Positions 39,023 to 49,203 of a DNA stretch of 64,000 nt are shown here, piece by piece. The notes below the pieces were generated by a model. It saw only the letters and a list, made by a program, of their open reading frames with translations, had not been told where the DNA came from and did not search any database. The DNA comes from Candidatus Poribacteria bacterium. Its GTDB lineage: Bacteria > Poribacteria > WGA-4E > WGA-3G. The stretch covers positions 122,058 to 186,057 of the forward strand of contig JAAXGN010000036.1 of NCBI GenBank assembly GCA_012267415.1. The letters are read 5' to 3'. The translations under genes were made by a program, and so were the position numbers. Positions within the stretch are counted from its first letter, which is position 1; every line of letters begins with the position of its first letter.

Positions 39023-40360
39023 TTACTTCTTATTGTAATTTGTCCTGTCTGTATTTCCTCCATACTTCAATGCGTAGATGAGGAGATTTGTCATGAACCG
39101 ATAGACATCTGGTGAACGTCTCAGTCGTAACATTGTTCTGCTTTCAATTTCTGCGGTCTCCATCGCGCACATATAATCCTTTCGATTGAAAACGACTGCG
39201 AGACGGTTGTCGATCGTTATTCCTTTTTGAAAACGGAATTGTGTAGGTTGTGCGTTGTTTTCGTTTCCCCAAAACACATCGCCGCCTGTCGGTGGTTTTG
39301 TTAGATGAAAGTGAATGGTATATATTTCGTGATCGTGGGGTAGAATCTCTAGCGGATACTCAGGAAAGACTTCTTTCAACTCTTCAGCGACAATATGTGC
39401 GAACAGTCCGCGAAATCCGCAGTCATCAAAAAAGAGCATACCGCCTTCATCTACGATGTATTTCCGTAGTGCAGCGCGTTCTTCGGGTGTAAAACTGTTC
39501 TGTATTGGACCGTCTCTTGCGAGTCCGCGTCCGAGGGTAATATCTTTATCATGTCCTGTCATAACGATGAGAGGTGCATCCAAGATTTTTGGGTCTGTAA
39601 TCGGTAGCGCGCCGCCTTGAAAACTCATGTCAACACGAATCGCTGTCCATTTATCCATCCATTTCATCAATGCGGGGAGAGCAGTTGGGTCTTGCCACCA
39701 ATCAGAGAGTGTATGTTTAAGTCTTATGATTCGTATATGTCCGCGTATTTCATCTCCAGTGCCTTCTAAAATTGCTCCTAATGTACCTTGAGGTAGCATA
39801 ACGGGATTTTGCAGTTTGTTATTTGTGTCGTAAGTTAGGTTTCCCGGTTGTGATTGACTGTCAAGAATATCATCAAATATTCCTGTGGTAGTTGTGTTTT
39901 GTTTCGGACTGATAACTGGAATACGTCGTGTCTTTTTTGTTGCTTCAGTGGTGGGGATAGTTGGCACAGCAGTAGGTGTTCTGGGTGTAGTCGTAATAGA
40001 ACGTCTATCCTTTTCTAATTGCGGGTTAGGGATAGAGACTTCGGTTGGATCGAATATATCTGTTTTATATTCTTGCGAAGACGTTGGATTTTGGATACGG
40101 TTTTCTGTTTTTGGAATATGATCTGCTTTCGGTATCTGAAATTGGATTGCCTTTGTCGTTTGTCGAGTAGTGGGAAGTACAACGGTTCTGTGCGGTCGCA
40201 GCACTGTATTCCTGACTGGTTCGGGTTTGACAAACTTCACATCTATTGCCTTGTCATCTGATGACAAGTAGTGATCAGATATGAAGAGAGCGATAATGGC
40301 AACGAAAAGGATGTGTAGGAAAAGTGAAATGATTGCAGCGTGAAAACGTTTATTTTTCAT
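39023..40360 (-). CDS. DUF4159-domain membrane-anchored protein
   Basis: N-terminal SLFLH TM, Pro/Thr linker, DWWQDPTAL, MTGH, LRKYI..GGMLFFDDCG, NLLIYAL. Confidence 0.75.
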   Translation of the reverse strand: MKNKRFHAAIISLFLHILFVAIIALFISDHYLSSDDKAIDVKFVKPEPVRNTVLRPHRTVVLPTTRQTTKAIQFQIPKADHIPKTENRIQNPTSSQEYKTDIFDPTEVSIPNPQLEKDRRSITTTPRTPTAVPTIPTTEATKKTRRIPVISPKQNTTTTGIFDDILDSQSQPGNLTYDTNNKLQNPVMLPQGTLGAILEGTGDEIRGHIRIIRLKHTLSDWWQDPTALPALMKWMDKWTAIRVDMSFQGGALPITDPKILDAPLIVMTGHDKDITLGRGLARDGPIQNSFTPEERAALRKYIVDEGGMLFFDDCGFRGLFAHIVAEELKEVFPEYPLEILPHDHEIYTIHFHLTKPPTGGDVFWGNENNAQPTQFRFQKGITIDNRLAVVFNRKDYMCAMETAEIESRTMLRLRRSPDVYRFMTNLLIYALKYGGNTDRTNYNKK

Positions 40361-40365
40361 TTTTT

Positions 40366-40935
40366 TTATAGGTGTCGCTGAATTTGATGGTAACTCTGCG
40401 AATCCAACTCCCGATAATCTGGAATGTCATAACGATTTCCGCGCACATCCGTAATGAAAAGCCGTGCTGGTGGAACCTGTTTTATATTTTGATTCAATCC
40501 TCTTACAGAAAACGTCACGCGTCCGCGTTCTGTTTCCACTTCCCACTCATGAATACCGAATTGTTCTTTTACACGGTATATCTTTTCTATTTTTGGTGTG
40601 AAGTATCTCTTGTCTAATTCCTCATTGAGTATTGTGAGGCTATCAGGATCAAGTTCCGAGGGATTGACAAGGATTCCAATTTCAGTGTCTTCATCTGCTG
40701 CAAGTGAGATGTATTGCTGCGGATTGCTGAGTGGCATGAGTCTACGTATAATCACGCGAAGATGGCAGACGTGGTTTAGAATTTCAAGCCGTGCAGTTCC
40801 AACCTGTGATCGACTGAATATCAGTTGAGATGCATTTAGAAACCGTTGGGTATCGTCATCTTGTTCGTGAAACTCGCCTGTTTCAACTGATTTTATTGGC
40901 GTCCCATATTGTTCTTCTGTACTGTTATTTTGCAT
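40366..40935 (-). CDS. DUF1854 domain protein
   Basis: RLMPLSNPQQYIS, EELDKRYFTPKI, WEVETERG, ITDVRGNRY.IPD...LD..S. Confidence 0.85.
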   Translation of the reverse strand: MQNNSTEEQYGTPIKSVETGEFHEQDDDTQRFLNASQLIFSRSQVGTARLEILNHVCHLRVIIRRLMPLSNPQQYISLAADEDTEIGILVNPSELDPDSLTILNEELDKRYFTPKIEKIYRVKEQFGIHEWEVETERGRVTFSVRGLNQNIKQVPPARLFITDVRGNRYDIPDYRELDSQSYHQIQRHL

Positions 40936-40937
40936 AT

Positions 40938-43259
40938 CTATCTCTCTACGATTTGTGCCTCAGCGCGGACATTTGCTGCTTCACGTTGTGTTTCAACGAG
41001 TTTATAGTAGGCACCTTTTTTCTGCATCAGTTCTTCGTGGGAACCGCACTCAACGGCTTTTCCCTTTTCTATCACGAAGAGTCTATCCGCATTTCGCAGC
41101 GTTGAGAGTCGGTGTGCAATCGCAAAAGTTGTTCTGTTTTGCACTAATCTGTCAATCGCCTCTTGAATTTGCTTCTCAGTTTCCACATCTACTGAAGATG
41201 TTGCTTCGTCAAGTATCAGGATACGTGGGTTGTGTAGAATTGCCCGTGCAATAGAGACTCGTTGCCTTTCTCCACCAGATAAGCTGCTACCTCTCTCTCC
41301 GACTTCGGTATCGTATCCATCAGGAAATTTTATTATAAAGTCGTGAGCATTTGCAGCTTGTGCAGCGGTGATGATTTCTTGCATGGAAGCATCCGGTTTA
41401 GCATAGGCAATATTCTCTGCGATAGTACCACTGAATAAATACGGTTCCTGCAGAACTACTCCGATTTGTCTCCGCAAGTCTTTCAGGTTTATTTTTTTTA
41501 TATCTTCACCGTCAATTTCTAATTTCCCAGAATCTGGTGTATAGAATCGACAGATGAGATTTATGAGTGTTGATTTTCCCGCGCCAGAGTGTCCAACGAG
41601 ACCTATCATTTCACCTGGTTTCACGTGTAGGTTTATGTCTCGTAACACAGGTTTATGTGAATCGTATCCGAATGTCATGTTATGAAATCTGATTTCTCCT
41701 ATAATGTTCGGCATTGCTTTGAGTTTCCCATCATCTGTCTGTTCCGGTTGCGAGTCTACTACTTCAAACAGGCGTTCTGCTGCTGTCATAGAACGAGATG
41801 CCCAATTGATGAGTGGACTAACAAATCGTAATGGTTGATAAAACATTGCCAGATAAGCGTGAAAAGCGACAAGTTGACCGATTGACATCGTGCCAGTGAG
41901 AACATCCAGGCCACCGACATACCAGATAATAAGCGATCCGAATTGGACAGCGAACATCAGGGGTGGATAGTAGGTTGCCCATATTAACTCGGCTTTGGTT
42001 TCATAATCACGCGTATCAATATTAGCAGTTCCGAACCGGTTGACTTCATCCTTTTGTTGTCCGAATGCGCGCACAACACGTATCCCAGAGACAGAATCGT
42101 TGACGACATCAAAGAGTTTTGAACGCCGACGCCATGCACGATGCCAAAGACTCCGGACCTTACGATAAAACCATCCTCCACCAAAAACAATAATAGGGAT
42201 TGGGATTAAGATGAAACACGCCAATTTCCAGTTCATCAAGAAAAGCATGCTGCCTATACCGAAGAACATAAACAGTTGCACGCTAAGAAACGACAATCCT
42301 TCTAACAAGAAATTCTGTAAGCGTTCGCTATCTTCGGTAATATGTGAAATCACGGTGCCTGTTGTGCGTTTATCAAAAAACCGTATTGAGAGATTGTGTA
42401 GATGTTCATAAACGTGTGCGCGTATATTTGATGCGATACGAAACGTCAACCATGCTCCTAATCTCGATTGTAAGATATTCAATAAGACACCAATTAGATG
42501 TGCTGTTAGCAAAGTTCCAATTGCTATAGATAATGCGATCGCTGCAGGTTGTATTGAGCGGAATATGTTTCCTAACCAAGTCATCTCTCCATCAGGTGTA
42601 GGTGTATTTGCATTATTCAGCAGTAGTATATCGTCAATTAGAATTTGAGAGAAATAGGGTGGTATTAAGGAAATCAATGTACCAATGATGATAAATACGA
42701 CATAGAGTATTGCCTTGCTGCGATATGGACGTATATACGACAGGATACGCAGCATGACTCTATGCTTTTTTGTACATGCCGGACAAGGAGCGTATTCATC
42801 TGGTAGCATTAACCCGCATGTTTTGCAGGTATGTTCCTCAACCTTATAGTCCCATATTGGTGCTTCATCACGTTTTCCATCTCTGTAATCTATCTCGTCT
42901 CCAATGAATCTTGCGACAAATCCGAATTTCGGTGCACATCCGTTGGAATAACGGATCAGGTCTATTGTTCCCTCTTGCGTTTCTAAAACAAGAAGTCCGG
43001 CATCTACCACAATTTCAGCCCGTATACCCAATACGTTTTTATAGGGTATATAATGCAACACATCACCTGCACCTGTTATGGTGAAAATCGCTGCGTCGGA
43101 TAGCACGAACCATTCTTCACCATAAGTTCCGTCTGAACTTACATCGCTACGAACTGCAAATCGTATCTCTTTAAATTGGACGTTTAGAGTCTTTAATGTA
43201 TCTTCAATTGACGTGGGCAGCGCATCAAGCGTACCCGTTTGTGTGTCTGTTGTTGACAT
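40938..43259 (-). CDS. ABC exporter (fused permease/ATPase) with N-terminal extension and CxxC-CPxC motif
   Basis: GHSGAGKS, LSGGERQR, ILDEATS, IAHRLST, six TM helices, CKTCG...CPAC. Confidence 0.93.
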   Translation of the reverse strand: MSTTDTQTGTLDALPTSIEDTLKTLNVQFKEIRFAVRSDVSSDGTYGEEWFVLSDAAIFTITGAGDVLHYIPYKNVLGIRAEIVVDAGLLVLETQEGTIDLIRYSNGCAPKFGFVARFIGDEIDYRDGKRDEAPIWDYKVEEHTCKTCGLMLPDEYAPCPACTKKHRVMLRILSYIRPYRSKAILYVVFIIIGTLISLIPPYFSQILIDDILLLNNANTPTPDGEMTWLGNIFRSIQPAAIALSIAIGTLLTAHLIGVLLNILQSRLGAWLTFRIASNIRAHVYEHLHNLSIRFFDKRTTGTVISHITEDSERLQNFLLEGLSFLSVQLFMFFGIGSMLFLMNWKLACFILIPIPIIVFGGGWFYRKVRSLWHRAWRRRSKLFDVVNDSVSGIRVVRAFGQQKDEVNRFGTANIDTRDYETKAELIWATYYPPLMFAVQFGSLIIWYVGGLDVLTGTMSIGQLVAFHAYLAMFYQPLRFVSPLINWASRSMTAAERLFEVVDSQPEQTDDGKLKAMPNIIGEIRFHNMTFGYDSHKPVLRDINLHVKPGEMIGLVGHSGAGKSTLINLICRFYTPDSGKLEIDGEDIKKINLKDLRRQIGVVLQEPYLFSGTIAENIAYAKPDASMQEIITAAQAANAHDFIIKFPDGYDTEVGERGSSLSGGERQRVSIARAILHNPRILILDEATSSVDVETEKQIQEAIDRLVQNRTTFAIAHRLSTLRNADRLFVIEKGKAVECGSHEELMQKKGAYYKLVETQREAANVRAEAQIVER

Positions 43260-43663
43260 GTCTCAGTTCTATTGTAGATTATGAAATTGTTTATGCACTT
43301 TGCTATGTTTGGGGTATTGATTAGGAAATCGTACCTACCGGTCCTCAGGTATTATTGCGTGCAAGTCAAAAAAGTGTTGCAATGGTGATATATTTGATGC
43401 ATAATGTGTTTATAGTTAATGTAATGTGACATCTGCTGAAGCAATAACTATTCTAACACTTGTTTGTGATATGCTGCAAGGACTTCTGTGCATTATGAAG
43501 ACTTACAGTAAATCAAGTAAGTTTGAATATTAAATATGCAGGTTACACGTTGATGACGGGCGGGGAAACCCCGCCCCTACGGGGTCGATGCCTGCAGAAA
43601 TATCGGAATATCGATAACTCATTATCTAATATTACTCAACATTATCACTTTAATCAAATAAAT

Positions 43664-45040
43664 ATGTCGTCATTACTCTCAAATAAAAAACATCGGAGAT
43701 TTACGGATAGGCTTGTTAGAACATGCCTTTTGATAGCGTTCTACCTGTTGAATCTGATGCTCGTTGATGTGTCTTGTGCATTGGATTGGAATGATTTTCT
43801 TGGTCCAGACAGAAATGGAAAATCACAAGAAAAGATTAACATCGTTCCGTGGGAAAAATCTGGACCAAAGATTGTCTGGGTCAGGGAAATTGGGACAAGT
43901 TACGGTTCCCCTACAGTCGCGAATGGACGGATATATGTTTTTGCCCGACATGGAGATTTGGCACGACTTAGCTGCCTACAGGCAACTACGGGTGATGAAA
44001 TCTGGAAATACGAGTATGCTACAGATTATGAGGATATGTATGGTTACAACAACGGACCTCGCTGTTGTCCGGTAGTAGATGCGGATCGTGTCTATATCTT
44101 TGGAGCAGAAGGAGAACTGCACTGTGTCAGTACACATGATGGCGAACGGTTATGGAAAGTAGATACTGCAGAGAGGTTTAATGTAGTTCAGAACTTCTTC
44201 GGTGTTGCCTCAGTACCCGCCGTTGAGGGTGAGTTGCTTATTGTCCAGATTGGCGGGTCTCCACAAGGGACATCAAGAAATATCTGGGATTCTGACGGTA
44301 ACCCAAAACCGGATAGTTCTGGAATCGTTGCATTTAATAAACATACTGGGGAAGTCGTCTATCAGATTGCAGATGAATTAGCCAGTTATGCGAGTCCCGT
44401 ATTTGCAGAGATTGATGGGAGACGATGGGGATTTTCATTTCTTCGTGGTGGATTGGTAGGTTTTGAACCGAAGTCTGGTAAAATAGACTTTCATTATCCG
44501 TGGCGAAGTCCAAAAATTGAATCGGTGAACGCTTCCTCACCTGTTATGATAGGTGATCTTGTTTTCATCAGTGAATCCTACGGTACCGGCAGTTCTGTCA
44601 TACAGGTTCGACCGGGTGGATATGATGTGATCTGGCGGGACAAAGCAAATTCTCGCAATATGTCAATGGCGTTACATTGGAACACGGCAATACACCATGA
44701 AGGTTTTCTTTATGGAAACAGTGGAAGACATTCTGGCGGTGCAGATATTAGATGCGTGGAGGTAAAGAGTGGTAAGATCATGTGGCGTAAACGTGTAAAT
44801 GAACGCGCATCTCTGCTCTGGGTGAACGGCTACTTCATATATCTTGGAGAGTATGGTAGATTGATGTTATTGAAATGCACTCCCGAAAAACCTGTGATAG
44901 TCTCTCAAACCGTAGTGAAAGACGAGAATGGTAAACAGTTGATCAGTTATCCCGCTTGGGCAGCACCTGTTTTATCCGATGGGTATCTCTATATTCGTGG
45001 GAAAAATCGCCTTATTTGTTTTGATTTGAAGTCAGATTGA
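43664..45040 (+). CDS. PQQ-binding-like beta-propeller protein
   Basis: DWNDFLGPDRNG, YGSPTV, TGDEIW, ASYASP, WAAPVLSDG.LYIRG...L.CFDL. Confidence 0.88.
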   Translation: MSSLLSNKKHRRFTDRLVRTCLLIAFYLLNLMLVDVSCALDWNDFLGPDRNGKSQEKINIVPWEKSGPKIVWVREIGTSYGSPTVANGRIYVFARHGDLARLSCLQATTGDEIWKYEYATDYEDMYGYNNGPRCCPVVDADRVYIFGAEGELHCVSTHDGERLWKVDTAERFNVVQNFFGVASVPAVEGELLIVQIGGSPQGTSRNIWDSDGNPKPDSSGIVAFNKHTGEVVYQIADELASYASPVFAEIDGRRWGFSFLRGGLVGFEPKSGKIDFHYPWRSPKIESVNASSPVMIGDLVFISESYGTGSSVIQVRPGGYDVIWRDKANSRNMSMALHWNTAIHHEGFLYGNSGRHSGGADIRCVEVKSGKIMWRKRVNERASLLWVNGYFIYLGEYGRLMLLKCTPEKPVIVSQTVVKDENGKQLISYPAWAAPVLSDGYLYIRGKNRLICFDLKSD

Positions 45041-45056
45041 AAGTGAAATAACCTAC

Positions 45057-45155
45057 GGCACAAACTGAAAGTTTGTGCTACGAAAAAGACACACAAACTG
45101 AAAGTTCGTGCTACGAAAAAGACACACAAACTGAAAGTTCGTGCTACGAAAAAGA
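45057..45155. repeat. 33-bp tandem REP (GTAGCAC(A/G)AACTTTCAGTTTGTG on the minus strand) x3 between convergent genes
   Basis: CACAAACTGAAAGTT(T/C)GTGCTACGAAAAAGA repeated three times. Confidence 0.9.
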
Positions 45156-45176
45156 GGCGTTTCAATTAGAATGGTA

Positions 45177-46088
45177 TTACTTAGGATGTTCAGACTGATT
45201 TGGTTGAGTTTTCCATCGGTTGTGAATCCACAACCACTGTTCAGGGTGTTTTTTTATGTAACTTTCCAATTCTTTCATAAGCTGTGCTGTATATAATTCA
45301 ATGTCCTTCTCAACATCTTCTGATGATTTTAAGTGGATGGGTGGCGATATGTAAACGTGGTGTTTGTCATCCGGTTGACGTATGTCTAATGAGAAGAGTA
45401 TCGGTGCGCCTGTTTTTAATGCAAGGGTTATGGGTGCTCGTGAGGAAGATGCAGGTTTTCCGAAGAATTCAATGAAGACACCTTGATCCCCAGCATTCTG
45501 ATCAGCAAAGAACCCAACTGCTTCATTGTTCTTTAAGGCTCGTAACGTTGACCGAATAGCGTTTTTTCTCGGTATTATCTTAAGACCCAAATGTTCGCGA
45601 ATTTGCCACAGATACGAATTCAATCTGTCATATTTCAGTGGGAATGCAATTGCTTTTGCTTGATTAGGAATAAGGGCACCGTAAACCAGAGATAACAGTT
45701 CCCAATTCCCAAAGTGTGGCAGAAAGACAATTGCCCCTTTACCGAAAGTTAATACTTCTTTTATATTTTCTGATCCAAAAACAGTGACCTCATTCCAGAT
45801 GTTTTTACTGTTCAGTTTTTTGAAACGTAGAAATTCAATGAGGGTTTTGCCGAAATTGACGAAACTACCCATACAGATTCTTTCTTGTTCCTTTGCATCA
45901 ATACAATCTCCAAATGCAATCTGTAGGTTTTTGAGTGCAATCTTCCGCCGTTCTTTGAGGGTTCGGTATAGTATCTTTCCAAGCGTCGATCCGAATAACA
46001 TTGCTGATTTTTTAGGGATAATACGACAAAACCAACTAAGACATACAACAGCGAGATAGGCAGTTATGTCAGTAAATGTGTTACGCAT
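45177..46088 (-). CDS. Lipid A biosynthesis lauroyl acyltransferase family (LPLAT)
   Basis: HFGNWEL, FADQ, FFGKPA, PEQWLWIHNRWKT. Confidence 0.92.
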   Translation of the reverse strand: MRNTFTDITAYLAVVCLSWFCRIIPKKSAMLFGSTLGKILYRTLKERRKIALKNLQIAFGDCIDAKEQERICMGSFVNFGKTLIEFLRFKKLNSKNIWNEVTVFGSENIKEVLTFGKGAIVFLPHFGNWELLSLVYGALIPNQAKAIAFPLKYDRLNSYLWQIREHLGLKIIPRKNAIRSTLRALKNNEAVGFFADQNAGDQGVFIEFFGKPASSSRAPITLALKTGAPILFSLDIRQPDDKHHVYISPPIHLKSSEDVEKDIELYTAQLMKELESYIKKHPEQWLWIHNRWKTQPNQSEHPK

Positions 46089-46184
46089 AAAATTCCTAAC
46101 GGGGATGAAGTGTATGATTGTATTTGATATTCTTCATAAAGTATACCACACTGGGATTATACTTGCAATTTATGAGATTGCATA

Positions 46185-46533
46185 GGGTGTGTAAAGATTT
46201 TGGCAGAAATGGTCAGAAAAATCCCAAGCACCAGCGGTGCGAAAGGTGTATAGAACATGTGAAAAACAAAATCCCAAGCACCAGCGGTGCGAAAGGTATA
46301 TAGAATATGTGTTTTTAATTTCATGCCATGATATACCTTTCGCCCCTCTGGGGCTTACTCTGGTAATATCAACGTTTTCTATACACCTTTCGCCCCTCTG
46401 GGGCTTGACATTTTACAGAAACCTACTTCTCTCCTTACTCATGTGCTTCTACAAGAACTGGACACATCAGAAACATGTTTATTACTAAGTTTCATGTTAG
46501 AAAGGATGATTATGCCAAAAACTTTACACACTC
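46185..46533. mobile_element. MITE (GGGTGTGTAAAG ends) with family-B hairpins
   Basis: GGGTGTGTAAAGATTTTGGCAG ... TGCCAAAAACTTTACACACTC. Near-identical to 50258-50584. Confidence 0.85.
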
Positions 46534-46608
46534 GCCTGCGGTTTTAGCTCTTGATAGAAAACCGTAAACTGTGATAGTATAGCAATAGAAATGAATGGAG
46601 GTGCAACA

Positions 46609-46914
46609 ATGGCAGAAACAATTAGAACCGACATAAAAGGAATTGACCGGTTCGTATTTGAAGAAGGCACGGATAGAGGTAAACTCAGTCTACATATATC
46701 AGAAGTGGGACCAGGACAACGCGCCCATCCTCCACATACACACGATGGACAAGAGATTTTCTACGTTTTTTCAGGTGAAGGCGAAGTTCTGTTCGGAGAA
46801 CAGACACACAAAGTAAAGGACAACGAAGCAGTTCATGTTGACTGTAGGGTATTACACGGAATTACGAATGTAGGTGAGACACCCCTCCGTTACGCAGTAA
46901 TTATAGCAAAATGA
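46609..46914 (+). CDS. Cupin domain protein
   Basis: HPPHTH...EIFYVFSGEG...HGITN; GGAGG RBS. Confidence 0.9.
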   Translation: MAETIRTDIKGIDRFVFEEGTDRGKLSLHISEVGPGQRAHPPHTHDGQEIFYVFSGEGEVLFGEQTHKVKDNEAVHVDCRVLHGITNVGETPLRYAVIIAK

Positions 46915-46933
46915 ATAAGCTTAAAAGACTCCA

Positions 46934-47386
46934 TTAGTCTAAAGTGGTGTTTTCCTCAGTCTCTTGAGAATTCTGTTCCATCAGCAAACCAGCGATCCCG
47001 TAGATACCACCAATGATCAATAGGATACCTATACTGCTTATCCCACGTCTGATCCAAACAGGTGGTAGGAATTGCGATATGTCGAACAGGGAAAGCGGTT
47101 GTAGCAATCTGGAAAAACCAATATTTACGTAGAAAGCTCCATAAGCAATAAGACACATTTCGCTAAGAAACTGTTGTTTGATCGGGTTGACAGATAACCT
47201 GAAAGGGTTAATAAGGTAATCACCTGAGAAAATCAATATCAATCCAACGACAAAGAATGTAATGAGTGTGCCCATGGGATAAGCGGATTGATGTAGGAAG
47301 ATCGCGAGTAGTATACTGACGCCCCCCAGAATTACGCTTATAATACCCTGAAAAATCTGAACGCTTCTGCTCTGTTCTATCATCAA
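46934..47386 (-). CDS. Hypothetical four-TM membrane protein
   Basis: Four hydrophobic segments. Confidence 0.6.
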   Translation of the reverse strand: MMIEQSRSVQIFQGIISVILGGVSILLAIFLHQSAYPMGTLITFFVVGLILIFSGDYLINPFRLSVNPIKQQFLSEMCLIAYGAFYVNIGFSRLLQPLSLFDISQFLPPVWIRRGISSIGILLIIGGIYGIAGLLMEQNSQETEENTTLD

Positions 47387-47412
47387 AATCTTAAATTATG
47401 CTCCATAAGTTA

Positions 47413-47588
47413 ACCTAAGTTGCTACCTATAAGTGAAACACCGCCATTAATAAAAAAATGCTGATAATTAGCCAATATTTGTAGCACGGGGAATGCCATT
47501 AAGGTGTTCATACCGTTGATTTCACTGCCAGTTTGCGCCCCTTATAGCACAATCTGCCAGATTGTGCTACATAGATAGCAACTTGGGT
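47413..47588. mobile_element. MITE with ACCTAAGTTGCTACCTAT termini and a GTAGCACAATC hairpin
   Basis: ACCTAAGTTGCTACCTAT ... ATAGATAGCAACTTGGGT inverted ends. Single ends also near 4579 and 52117. Confidence 0.65.
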
Positions 47589-47591
47589 AAG

Positions 47592-48689
47592 TTAAAAGAA
47601 ATACATAGCAGTTAGTGAGAGCAGTGGTCCAAATCTGAAGGCATCGCTCTCTTCATAGTTCGTACCCGCAAGTGCAGTTTCGTCATCATACAGTGTCTTC
47701 TGATGTAAGGGTAACATCAGTGCAATAGAGAGCGGGATGTTCAGCGGTGTAGAAATCGTAGAGCTGAGTGATGCCATCCCAAAAGTCAGACCCGTATTTT
47801 TGTCGATTTCACCCTCCCAATATGCATAGGTTTGATAAAAACCGAGATAGCCTGCTTGAAATGCAAGCCAATCATTCAATCTGTAATTCAGTCCAACTGT
47901 ATAGGTCAGTTCCCTGGACCCGCGATATGTCTTATCGTTCTCATAAAAGGGAAACTTTACGCGGAGACTTGTGTAGGTAGCTAAACCTTTATAGAACGGA
48001 AATCTATAGTATAGATCACCCACAGGATTGAACGTGCCTGTACCGAATTGGATATGTTGATGTTCAAGTCCTTGTTCTCCAAGGGGCCAAGGATTTTCTT
48101 CTGTTCTCCCAAATGGAATCGTTGAACCGATACGCCACATCAGAAAGTCGTTCTCTTCAAAGATCCCTTGCATATAATTTCCAACAAAGATGTCCGCATC
48201 AGCAAGTCCAGTATAGGTCTCGTTACGATGATGGATATAGCCATTAAGTTTGATTGCTTGCCATTGTTCCTCAGTGACAGGATCGATTTTCTCTACACTC
48301 GCTTCCTGTATCTTGGTTTCATAAGGGAGGTTAACATCCAATATCCACCGAGGCGTAAAGTAATATTTGATTCCGATATCAGTACGATATATGTTTAGAT
48401 TAACGCGATGTCGATGCTCAGGCACTTTCTGTACCACTTGTTCAGCATCAGGGAATATTCCCTCGTCCTCAAAGTGACCGCCTTTTGCATCAAACCATCG
48501 CATCGTGCTAATTGACACCTGGAATTTCTTATTTTCTGAAGCCAGACTGACTTCACCTATCCCGCTGCGTGGGATTGCGGGATTGCTTCACGCACCTCAA
48601 CTTTCTTGTGCAAAAACATTATAGACCCATCCAGAAAGTAGAAGATGTAAAGACAGTATCAGTGCGGTGGTGAATATTCTGTATTTCAT
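47592..48689 (-). CDS. Candidate selenoprotein (UxxU): signal peptide + His-rich outer-membrane beta-barrel-like protein, 365 aa
   Basis: ATG 48689 is in frame with the 308-aa ORF: MKYRIFTTALILSLHLLLSGWVYNVFA-QES-U-G-A-U-SNP. TGA at 48599-48597 and 48590-48588. Amphipathic beta strands, C-terminal ...AMYFF. Confidence 0.75.
48559..48583 (-). promoter_or_regulatory. Candidate bacterial SECIS hairpin
   Basis: mRNA AUCCCGC-AAUCCCACGCA-GCGGGAU directly 3' of the two UGA codons. Confidence 0.5.
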
Positions 48690-48740
48690 ATTTTTATTTC
48701 AGCGGTTTGTTATTTGCTTTATCCCTTAGATGTTTTGCAC

Positions 48741-49171
48741 AATACCTTCGCCAAAAATAGATTTTCTGTTAAATTGCCTGTATGTTGTAGTACAATAGGC
48801 GTCAACTTAAGGAAATTAAACTGTTATTGGTGTGTCTTTAGTCCCGTAGGGACGCTATGTTTATAGAAAAACGTTATCCTAACTCTCTTCAGTCCCGTAG
48901 GGACGATATGTGTATATTAGACGCACAAGATAAACATATCGTCCCTACGGGACTAAAGAAGTGTTGGTCAATCTTGTTCTATAAACATATCGTCCCTACG
49001 GGACTGAAGAGTGGACACTCCCAATCACAATGCACATTAATGATAATTAAAAACACTTCAGCAAAAACCTGAAGCTATTTCTATTCCTGTAAATCTTCAA
49101 TATCACAGATCAATGGTAGATCAACACTATATGCTCATTTAACTGAAACATTCAAAAATGGTGAAGGTATT
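48741..49171. repeat. Family-A REP array (2 forward + 2 reverse, 48840-49008) inside AATACCTTCGCCA/TGGTGAAGGTATT inverted ends
   Basis: AGTCCCGTAGGGACG.TATG copies; outer inverted repeat read directly. Confidence 0.7.
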
Positions 49172-49203
49172 ATTGCAATAAATGTTTTTATTTTATTTTT
49201 CGA

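Noticed and set aside
45057-45155. Possible mini-CRISPR
   Set aside because: Units are contiguous with identical linkers; it is a tandem REP.
47480-47570. Cobalamin riboswitch-like words (GGGAA...GGTG...GCCCC)
   Set aside because: The core B12-box is not recognisable, the segment lies inside a MITE, and it is not upstream of a co-oriented gene.
48588-48599. Genome-wide UGA=Trp/Gly recoding as the explanation of the two TGAs
   Set aside because: TGA is the evident terminator of many genes here (e.g. 663, 6413, 8147, 45040) and no other intact gene has an internal TGA.
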